A stretch of 64,000 nucleotides of DNA from Hormiphora californensis. Taxonomy: Eukaryota; Animalia; Ctenophora. Location of the stretch: positions 5,394,001 to 5,458,000 of the forward strand of contig CM035358.1 of assembly GCA_020137815.1 (NCBI GenBank), given 5' to 3'. The notes beneath the pieces are model-generated. The model saw only the letters and a program-made list of their open reading frames with translations. It did not search any database and was not told where the DNA came from. Made by a program: the position numbers and the translations under genes. Below are positions 54,001 to 64,000 of this stretch, piece after piece (within the stretch, counting starts at the first letter, position 1; every line of letters starts with the position of its first letter).

Positions 54001-57000
54001 AAATCTACACGTGTGTGCCCAGCAATGAGCGATGTGTCACTCCGGATGATAGGGTAAGTTGTTACCATAGGAACCAAGTTGTTGTCATGGGGACCAAGTT
54101 GTTGTCATGGGAACCAAGTTGTTGTCATGGGAACCAAGTTGCTACCATAGGAACCAAGTTGTTGTCATGGGGACCAAGTTGTTGTCATGGGGACCAAGTT
54201 GTTGTCATGGGAACCAAGTTGTTGTCATGGGGACCAAGTTGTTGTCATGGGAACCAAGTTGCTACCATGGGAACCAAGTTGTTACCATAGGAACCAAGTT
54301 GTTACCATAGGAACCAAGTTGTTGTCATGGGGACCACGTTGTTGTCATGGGGACCAAGTTGTTGTCATGGGGACCAAGTTGTTACCATGGGAACCAAGTT
54401 GTTATCATGGAGACTGCAAGTGTCAATACCACAGCCCCCCAATATAACCAGGTGGAGTTTCTTTGATCTCACCCCCCCCCCCCTCCCCGATATCATCAGG
54501 TGGAGTTACTTTGATCTCACCCCCTCCATGCTTTCAGGAGGAGATTGAGAAGAGGGAGATTGAGGAACTGGCAGCTATGGTAGAGTCTGATGAAGCACTC
54601 CTGGTAGCTCGATCCATTGAGAGCGTACAGAAGAGGGAGGAGGGACGTAGGAAGCCAGGTATACATTCTACTATAGGAATTCGTCCTTGATATGTTTCCT
54701 AAGAATCTTGACATGGCCAGTGATGACGCCATATGCATACTGCAAGCAGTTGCAAATCTATGAATCCATTGGTGACGTAGCCACCCCTACACTAGCCTGC
54801 GTGCAGCGCAGCTAAACGAAGCCTGCGAAGCAGGCTGAACGTAATAGGGGATGTCATCACCAAATGACCCCCTACGTTAATATAAGCTGTATGGCGGCGC
54901 CCCAGTGCGCTCAGATGGGGTCGGCGGCGCCAGACAGAACAATAAGGCACTATAGCAACACGAACGGAGTATAAAAACTGGCCACAACACAGTGTTTTTT
55001 GCAGATATTCAAAGAAACCCATCTTCAGATCTAGATAACTGGGGACTTGAGAAACGGTGTGCCGATACTTCCAGTAACTGTGCAAAATACGAGAAATATG
55101 GGATGTGCTCCAAATCCTCCATCGCGGCCCTTTGCCCCATGACCTGCACTGGGTGTGGAAGTGTAGATGAAGAAGAAGAGGAGCAGGTGTGTCAGGACCA
55201 AACCTCCAAGTAAGTAATAACACTTCCAGTAAGTAATTAATTACTAGTAAGTCCAGAAATAATAAAAGATTCTGTGAAGTCAAGAGATTAATAGGGGATT
55301 GAAAACTTTTACTATTAAAGCTGTTTTAGGAAGTACTAACGCAGAGCTGCATGGCTACTGCAAGTTCCATGATAGGTCCACTGATCACTCTTCCTATAAC
55401 AGGTGTCCCGCAATGGCAGAGGCACTGACCTGTTCCCGGGTTTCTGGCACCTGTCCAGTAACCTGTGGGGTGTGTGTCCCCGACGATGAGAGTCTCCTGG
55501 AACCACCCAGTGACGAAACTATGGGACAGTGCTACTCCCCATCCATCGCTAACGGTATTGATCTTCATTATCTATAGTGATAATCATGGTCTGGTAGCTA
55601 TCATTACCTTGATCTAACCGAATTATTGCAACCATGGTAACCATGGTAACGTGATTATTGTAACCATGGTAACCTGATTATTGTAACCATGGTAACGCAT
55701 TCTAACAGGTCGTGTTTCCAACGGTAACATGATGTCAGCCAAGGAGGAGCTCTCTTTCACATGTAACTCTGGGTACACCAAGTCTTCTGGTACCTCGACC
55801 TGTCTAATCCAGAATGTCCTTACAAACGATGCTAACGATGCTCGACTTGCACCCGCTTGTATCAAGGTTTGTGCAGTTATGGCTGATCAGTGATCACTCT
55901 GTGAGGGTCCGGTATAAATCAACGTTCTTGTGGTTTTTTTGTTTCTTTAGCCGGGCTATCCGTATATCGCTTAGCCCGGTAAATCAGGGTCTGATTTATT
56001 AGTATCATGGCGTTCTTTGTTTCCCTATTGGAAATAATAATAGGCAATTATTAGTACCGTCTTCGTTTCCCTATCATTTAAAACAATAGGATATGTTTCC
56101 AATGGGATTCTATTACCCGTCCTGTTTCAGACCGGTTCCAGCTCCGTGGAAGGTAACGGAGAGAGTTATGCAGGAACCAAGAGCACAACTACCACCGGAG
56201 GAGAGTGCATGAACTGGGATCAAGTCGTCTTTGAGGGTACGTGATACATATCCTGGTAGATTTACCATAAAGAGCATGCACGTGGCAGTTTAATTTGGAG
56301 TTACAGTGTCTTCTCTAGATCTATTACCGGGCCTCTTTCGATCAAAGTTGACTGTAGACTGAGCCGTCATCCAAATCTAATTGTTACCCTCTCTCTAGGT
56401 GAGCTCTATGCAGAAAACAACCCGGAAGAGTTCGCCCTTGGCAACCATAACATGTGTAGAAACCCCGGTGGCTCACAGGTAACATATATAGCAGTTCACT
56501 CCTCAGTCAAAACACTAACGATTCATACCTACATAGCTCTACAGATGTGTTCAAGTTGCTGAATTCAATGTGAACGCCGCTCTAAGTCAATTCAGTGAAT
56601 TGAGCGGCGTTCACAATGTGAACTTCACATATTGTGCACCGAACTCATAGGAAAATATATTTCCACCACACCAAGTTGACCAACTATATTGTTTCAGCCG
56701 GTTCCATTCTGTATCAGTACTGCAGGTGACACAGCTGCCTCCATCCAATACTGCTTCGATTTCCCCGGGTGTAGCGCATGCACTGGAGGATCTGACAGAC
56801 TTGGCAGTTGTAACAGGTGAATGCACATGCTCTAACACATGTTCTAACATATTCCAACATGTTCTAACATGCATGTACGTTACATTACTTAAACACAAGT
56901 TCTAACATATTCTAACATTCTCAAACACAATTGTTCTAACATACTCAAACAGAAGCTCTAACATATGTTCCAACACGCATGCACATTACTGTACAATTAG

Positions 57001-57131
57001 TGTATGATTTCTAACAACTTCATCATAATTTCAGGAACTCCTGCAAGTACACCGACTACCTATCCAAGTCCAGGACAGACTACTTTTGGCAGTATTGCCC
57101 TGACACCTGCTGCCGAGCCGCGGGATGCTAA
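51030..57131 (+). CDS. Secreted papain-family (C1A) cysteine protease with a C-terminal Cys-rich, ShKT-ShKT-Sushi-Kringle-ShKT-like tail, 18 coding exons
   Basis: Signal MRVLLCLAVVIAAASA; NQGSCGNCY, SEQEMTDC..GCDGG, NHAVLIVGY, VRNSHG..FGDEGYF; CADTSSNC...LCPMTCTGC; TCPVTCGVC; CYSPSIANG...FTCNSGY...PAC; GNGESYAGTKSTTTTGGECMNW...NMCRNPGG..PFC...YC; YCPDTCC; stop 57129-57131. Confidence 0.9.
51661..51769. mobile_element. ~100-bp MITE with an internal CACGTG and CCAAT motifs (second copy 62988-63084)
   Basis: caggaaccgaccg / cggtcggttcctg TIRs; shared core gattggctgataaccagtcacgtgacctaaataacgag. Confidence 0.75.
54054..54411 (+). repeat. 20-bp intronic minisatellite (gttgttgtcatggggaccaa)n
   Basis: Directly visible tandem array starting at the splice donor. 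Confidence 0.92.
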
Positions 57132-57542
57132 GAGGGTCGAGCAAGGTAGAAGACAATCGATTGAACAAATGGTTTTTAGAACCATAAGATGGAAATGGAC
57201 TGATATTGTGAACTTATGTTGATACCCAAGGCTAGAGTTTATATCAAAGATTATGTCACCCCCTGGCCAAGGAAGAGCAAGGTGTGGAGAGAGAGTTTTA
57301 TATAACACATTTTACTGTTCAATTTCTCTCTACTAACTACTTGCTGCATTGAACAAGTGTGTCTAATTTTGTCTAGCTGATCAGATATACAGTTTCATCA
57401 CGACTCATCATAACTCATGGAACTCATATCGTGCCCTGCAGAGTACAATTGCAGTCGTGATAACTTTGTTTAGTTCTTCCGACTTCCATATATTATTTAG
57501 GAAATATTTTGATCAGAAGAACCCTGGGGCATATATGCCATA

Positions 57543-57740
57543 GGGATCCCTAAAAAAGTTCAGTATTTACACAGCGTTTACACCAGAGCGCTGTGATTGG
57601 CTGAAATTTCTGACGATGGAAAATTTAAGCCAATCACAGCGCAGATTTCAAAAATTTTCTTCCCACGCTACCGTGGGAAAAACTGAAATGGCTTAACTGG
57701 TGTAAACGCTGTGTAAATACTGAACTTTTTTAGGGATCCC
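57543..57740. mobile_element. MITE with GGGATCCC termini and TA flanks (partial copy ~40845-40910)
   Basis: gggatccctaaaaaagttcagtatttacacagcgtttacacc / ggtgtaaacgctgtgtaaatactgaacttttttagggatccc. Confidence 0.8.
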
Positions 57741-59003
57741 TATTCCATGTCAAGCCATTGGGCCTTTTGTCAAAGGTGCCCGTACTGAACGTGTGTCTAT
57801 GAATCTCAAATTCTTTACCTCTCTTATACCTACTATCGGTGGAAAACAGTCTTGTCTGCGGCTATTCATCGAAATCTCAGTGACGGCCGTATTCGTGTTT
57901 TACCTGAAATAATTCTGGTGCTATCTGCATCGAACTTAAGATTTAAGATTCGAAAAAGATTCTGAACCAATGAAAATGGCCCATTTTGAACTGAACCAAT
58001 GTGAAAAGAGGTGGGCAAATGCTTGCAAGTGATTAGCTCTTTTCTGACCCTGCAGGCTGCAATCTCATTGGTTCAGATGATTTTACGAATCCGAAGTATA
58101 GAGCAGATTTGTTGGTCACGAAGTTACCCCTTGCCAGCGCTGCTAAGAAAAGGGGATATCACCCCAGTCCTGACGATGGTTCTTGCGTGCAGCTTTTTTT
58201 GAAAGAAATGAGAATAGGGTCAGGCTGACAGCTCCAGTCTAACTTGATTGTTATACTTTTTGCTGCCGAAAGTAACACGGTCCTTCCCACCTTGCACATG
58301 TATACTATCTGCACAGACCTGTCAGGCCAATGCTCTGACCACAGTTCTTGCGCGCTCCGAGAGAGACGAGAATGGGTCAGGCCAATGCTCTGACAGGCAC
58401 AGACATGATGACGCTATCGCAACTTGTGGCAGGGAGTAGGGACAGAGAAAAGGTTGAACTTGTCATACTTTCTTTGCGGAGCACGGACAGAGTGTCAGGC
58501 GACTCAAAGAAAAGGAAGGGTCTGAAACATAAAAAAGGAAGGGGCCGGGTCACGCTAGGCAACACCACTGCAGGTCAGATAATCAATCCTTTATTGCCCT
58601 CTTCTTGGGCAACGGCTTCTTAGAATTAGAAAAGGAGAAAGGAATTGTCAGTGCAGTGTGCACTGCAGTGGGGTATGCACTATGCGCGACATCATGATAG
58701 AAGACAGTGCAGGAGGGATCAGAGAAATGAGGTGATATATCATACCCAAAGACAGCAGGAATCCATGGAACAATGGAAAATCAGGGCTATTGGACTAGGC
58801 TGGGTCACCGTCATGTATTCACCTATTGATTTGTCATCTTTTGTAATCTGATTGCCCAATAATATATATTCTAGTCATTGCGGTCTATCCCGTCTCCATG
58901 ATTATGAATCTCCAGATATACTCATTGTTTGGTCTAGCTAGGGCGTCTATGGCCATAATAAGCTCTTTGTTGTGCCCACCACCGCCCTGGATTGCGGTTG
59001 GAG

Positions 59004-59010
59004 TATAAAA
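59004..59010 (+). promoter_or_regulatory. TATA box of protease paralog 2
   Basis: gTATAAAAg ~230 bp upstream of ATG 59235. Confidence 0.45.
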
Positions 59011-59234
59011 GTACCGCCAGATTTATCATATCATATCATTGATTTCATTGAGCCCCTTATGTCGAATATGTAAAGTTAAGCATAATGTTCTAAGATTGAA
59101 AATAATTTCTTTCTTACGCTTGACGTTTCTAACATCCTTGATACTGCACCCTTGCCATGCTACGACACCTTTGATAACACCCTTTTACCACTGACCACTT
59201 GTAACAGCTTCCCTCTGCAGCAGTAGTGTTGAAC

Positions 59235-62200
59235 ATGAGGGTACTGATATGTTTCGTGGTATTCCTTGCCACCGTCTCTGCACTACCTGGATCTCTCCCG
59301 GAAATAAAGGCCATCTTCGACAGTAAGTAGGATATGATATACTCTTCACCTGCCTAGAATTATACACATTCACGTTCCAAGAGAAAACTTCTCAAATCCA
59401 GAATTTAACTTCTCCACGTCCACGTGCAAAGTACGTAGCTCTTCAAACTTATGCCTTGGGCAGGCAAGAGAGAGAGAGAGATGGGGGACGTGCCAAATAA
59501 CTAAATCTTTCCCAGAGATTGTCGCGGACGATGAGATGGAATTGACTCCCGGGCAGTATGCTTTCCGGTTAAGGACATTTGTGAGGCATTTCCAAGATGC
59601 AGATGAAGATACGTAAGTGCAGAAGTGACTATAATCAACCTCTCTGTTTGTCATCTTGAACGTGGAACAGATGACAGATCGTACCAATTGAAGTTTATCC
59701 TAATGGGGTGCCTGATTCAGGCACTGCCTGAACCTCAAGTTCAGGCCACACGGGCAAGTTCAGGCCACGCGGGCATTTCCCCCTATCTGCCCTTTCATTT
59801 TGCTATGTTTTCAGGCCTGTTACGGCAGATATGGCCTTAACTATTCGGGAGAAGATGAGGCGTTTGGGAGGTATCAGGAGCGAGGAACCCGAAGATGAAG
59901 CAAGCCTAGCACTCGCAAAACGACAGGTAGATTACAGAGAAGAGATTGCAAATTAAGACAGGTATATTACAAATCTTAGAACCGCGAAGAGATCGCAAAG
60001 GTGTAGAGCAAGCAGTTGAATCGTATACTGAATAACGTATTAGCATTATCACCCATGCCACTCGTGCTCATAGATCGGACCAAAAAACTGAAACCAATAT
60101 AATATGTCTATTGTATATCCCTTTTAGATGACGGCTGTATCTCTACGATTGTCTCGAGTTCGTGCACCCCCAGCTTATGATTCCCGGAGCAGCATTGGTC
60201 TGAATAAGGCTGTCAACCAGCAAACTTGTGGAAACTGCTATGCTCACACTTGTACGTTTTACTTTTAATTATATCTCCTTAATCATCTGACATGAATACC
60301 ATACAATTATATTCGGCCTTCATCTATTCATTTGGCCTTCATCTATTCATTTAGTAATATATCTAATACCGCAATACAAATCCGATATTATTCGATTCCC
60401 TCCCTCAGTTATTGCCGCCCTTGAGATTGCATACAAAAAGGCTACTGGGAAACTCATCAAGTTCTCTGAACAAGAGCTCACAGATTGTTTTTATTCAGGA
60501 TGCAATGGTGGGGACTTTAGATACGTAAGTGCAAATAGCTTTTATCATTGTTATCATCTATCATTTCGGTGTAAGTCAACCAACCAAAGAGGTCACACGA
60601 TTCTCTAGTTATGTGTATAGTGTTGTCTGTTACCACTCGGAACTGACTACAGATATACTTAAATAATTCAGATAATTTTAAGTACCCCCCCCCCACTACA
60701 GCTGACAAACCACGTTGGCTTCCTGGATAAGCTGAGTCTGAAGAGTGACTATGGACCTTACAAGAGCACTAACCTAACCTGCCGTACCTCAACTACACCG
60801 GACGCTCTCACCGGTCTCAAGGTATACTAATTGTGTGGATGATATCATAGTGGTCACTGGTCTGTATTCACAGGAAACGATCTAAGAAACTCTAACAACA
60901 ATGATATGTTGTCATGTAGTATTCCCTTTAATTTCTGTTGATGATATATCATAAATATTATATAGGAGACTCATTTTACTTACTATTATTATATTTAGAG
61001 CAAAAACTAATTGAAATTAGTTCGCCAGAAAGGTGGCCCATTTTGAACTTACTCCTTCATTTCCGTCACCTTTGAGTTGAGGCTTCAAAGACATTGAGGT
61101 ATCCGTAAACTTTTCCGCCTTCAACTCAAAGGTGACGGAAATGAAGGAGTAAGTTCAAAATGGGCCACCTTTCTGGCGAACTAATTTCAATTAGTTTTTG
61201 CTCTAAATTTGTACTCTTTTTTTGGTCGTTTGAGGTCATTTATGACCTCAAACAACTAAGCTATTTGTCAACTAAAGTGTTCAAATGTAATTCAAATGTA
61301 CCTGGGTTGTAGGAAACTGATTTGACGAAATTTTCAAAATTCGACGTCGTTTTGACGTCGTGACGTCACACGTGACGTCACGATGACGTAAAAAATTATG
61401 ACAGACCATTCGGCCAATGAAGCACTAAACGTGTGAAAAGTTTTAAAGGCCATGGTAGTCAAGAACTGAAGTTATTGCACGAAATGTGAGTTTTTATGTG
61501 GATTTTCACATCAAATTTTTGAGTTCCGACGCGTTTTAAGGTCTGAAAATGACAAGTTAGAAAAATTTCAATATAGTATCTGAAAGTTCAGACAATTTGC
61601 CACTAACGATTTTGCGTCAAATCAGGAATTGGAAAATGTCTTGAGGGTGCTAGAGGCGTTTAAAAATATTTGGTCTGAGATTTTTCAATGACGTCATTTT
61701 GTGACGTCATTACGCCCGTCATAGTGGACATTTTCACTTGAAATGCATGCCCCGAACGATTTCCTAACGGATTAAACTTGGTTCAAGTCTCTAGCTAGTA
61801 TGGTTCGGGCTACAAGTGTTACACAGTGAAGCGTCTATATCTATATAGCTATATATATATATCTGCCTATCCCCACACTGAATTTTCTGTTTTGGGGGTG
61901 GTGTCATAACTTGCGACCGGAATGAGCTAGCTACTTGAAATTTTTACCGTCAGTAGAGGTCTATGTGAAGCTTCTTAGTACCGAATTTCAGCCTCCTAGC
62001 TCATCTGGTTCCGGAGTTAGGAGGGGTCGAAAAGTGCCAAAATGGGCTAAAACTTCAAAATTGTTATATCTACGCTGTTGGCAAGCGGGCCCACTTTTTC
62101 GGGAAAAGTTTTAGGGGGGAGGGGATGGGGCCACCTTTGCGCTTGCCAGCGCAGTGATACTTACTTTGAATATTAGGAGGCCTTGAAAACAATTATACAT

Positions 62201-63669
62201 GTTGTAGTACTCCCTATTATCCAGCGATATAAACCATTTAAATTCATTGCCTATAGGTGCTCAGTGGTGTTGAGATTTCAAGCGCTGATATTGAAAAGGC
62301 GGTCGTTGAATACGGGTCTGTTATGACTTGCATGAAATGGGACAGCAAAGCAGGTATAAATTTTATATATTACTAACTCCGATATATATTAACCACACAG
62401 TTATGGTAATAGTTTAATCAATCAATCAACAAATCAACCAACCAATCAATCACAATAGTCATGTATATAAAAAATCGAAACAAACAACAATTAGTACTCT
62501 TTAGTTGTTTTGTACAAACTCTTTTATTTTATATAACAGTTTTATATAACAGTCTAACTTGGCAACTCTTTAGGAGGAGGATGTTATTTTAAAAAGTATA
62601 AGGGAGGCGTGTTCGCTGGAGAACCAATTGAGATGGGTTGTGGCAACGACTGCTGTGACCATGCTGTTCTAATTGTTGGGTAGGTACTGAGACAGTTGGT
62701 AACATAGACACCTGGCGCGACCCCGCGTGACCCCCGTGCCAGGTGTCTATGTCACCAACTGAGACAGTTGGTGACACAGTCACCCCTACAATTCCTGCGC
62801 GTAGCGTGGCAAAACGAAGCCTCTCTAGAGAGGTGACGGCGCTACTAACTGAAACAGCTGAGCTTCTACATTGGACAGTCATAGAAGTAGGGTCGCAAAG
62901 AAATTAATTCACTGTTGCCGCCCTGTTTCTGTAGCTCAAACTATGAAGGTTCGGCAGATCAACGCCCAATAACCATATAATATTTTGCAGGAACCGACCG
63001 AATCAGGAAATTCTGGTCCCAGATTGGCTGATAACCAGTCACGTGACCTAAATAACGAGTTCTGATTGGTTCGGTCGGTTCCTGATATTTTGTTTCTCCA
63101 GGTATTCGCCCAGCTATTGGATTGTCAGGAACAGTCACGGAACTACTTTCGGAGAAAACGGATACTTCAAGATCAAGAAGGGAATCAACTCCTGCGGAAT
63201 CGAGGATTACGTTGTGGTAAGAGTTACAGTGCTGCTTGTAGTGGCATTACGGTAATGGTGGATACCGTAATAGCGTGGACTTTGCGTAACATGCAAGTGC
63301 TTTTGTAAAAAAACTGATGAACATACATTTGGCAGCACGTCATAGCGTGTTGATTGGCCGAGCTTGCGCATCCTCTTACTGTAATGCAAAACCAAAACGG
63401 TTTTTAATTACCGTAATGGCACTACAAGCACCGTATAGTTGCTATATAAACACTTTCAGCCGTTATGATGCTCTTCATTACTATTCCCCTGGAATTAAAA
63501 AATAGTTTATAACCAACAACCAACCCTCTCTCTAGGTTATTGATTCGACGAGACGGGGAAGCAAAGATATTTTGGAAAACGGATGTCCCGCAGATAAACC
63601 CAAATTTTGTGAAGATATTTACACGTGTGTGCCGGAGGATGAAAATTGTGTCACCCCTAGCAGCCAACG
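59235..63669 (+). CDS. Second tandem papain-family protease paralog (10 exons visible, continues past the window)
   Basis: MRVLICFVVFLATVSA, QYAFRLR, NQQTCGNCY, SEQELTDC..GCNGG, DHAVLIVGY, VRNSHG..FGENGYF, CPADKPKFC; intron positions equivalent to paralog 1. Confidence 0.9.
60993..62165 (+). mobile_element. Helentron-associated non-autonomous element (HINE/DINE-1-like) with an expanded 5' palindrome
   Basis: subTIR aaaggtggccc (61029) / gggccaccttt (62128) followed by hairpin tgcgct-tgcc-agcgca; internal TA-rich microsatellite ~61834-61870; 5' palindrome 60993-61208. Confidence 0.65.
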
Positions 63670-64000
63670 GGTTAGTACTGGGTGTCCTCCACGAACAGTA
63701 CTAAACTTTTAGATCTCGACTAATTAGGCCTTTTGAGTGTGAAAATTGGAGAGCTCTATTGATTTCGTCCACGAACTACAGAATTAGTGTTGGTTTTTTG
63801 TGCTTTGAGTAGGGTTTTAGAGAGGGATTAGTTCCATACTAAAACCCCCTCCACGTGGTACAAGTCACGTGATTTCACGCCCCATTTCACACTGAACCCA
63901 TATAAGCCCCACTAACCTTGCACTAAAATTTCGACTAAACAGGCTGAGAATTTAGCCAACCCAAAGGCTGTCTAAATTGAAACTAAATTCTATTATTGTG

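Overview
Eukaryotic, intron-rich, (GA)n-rich genomic DNA. It is most likely a ctenophore: two dispersed MITE families match repeats I recall as abundant in Pleurobrachia bachei, which is recall and not a search result. Host genes read by hand from splice sites: an RNF26-like multi-TM RING E3 ligase (-), a small candidate gene nested antisense in its intron (+), HRD1/SYVN1 (-), an intronless IER/SERTA-like gene (+) head-to-head with HRD1, an SLC22-type transporter (-) with an in-frame TGA at a conserved Arg, and two tandem secreted papain-family proteases (+). The complete protease carries an unusual tail of ShKT, ShKT, Sushi, Kringle and ShKT-like domains. Mobile DNA: a 5'-truncated RTE LINE with a 9-bp TSD inside a Merlin-like foldback; Chapaev-, Kolobok- and pogo-type foldbacks/MITEs; a Helentron-type (HINE/DINE-1-like) element; and a ~6.9-kb intron-containing Helitron. 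That Helitron has a second, diverged Pif1 2B-like domain inserted upstream of Rep, 3'-type CTAG ends at both termini, and a 10-bp flanking direct repeat. Exon coordinates are manual and unverified by transcripts.
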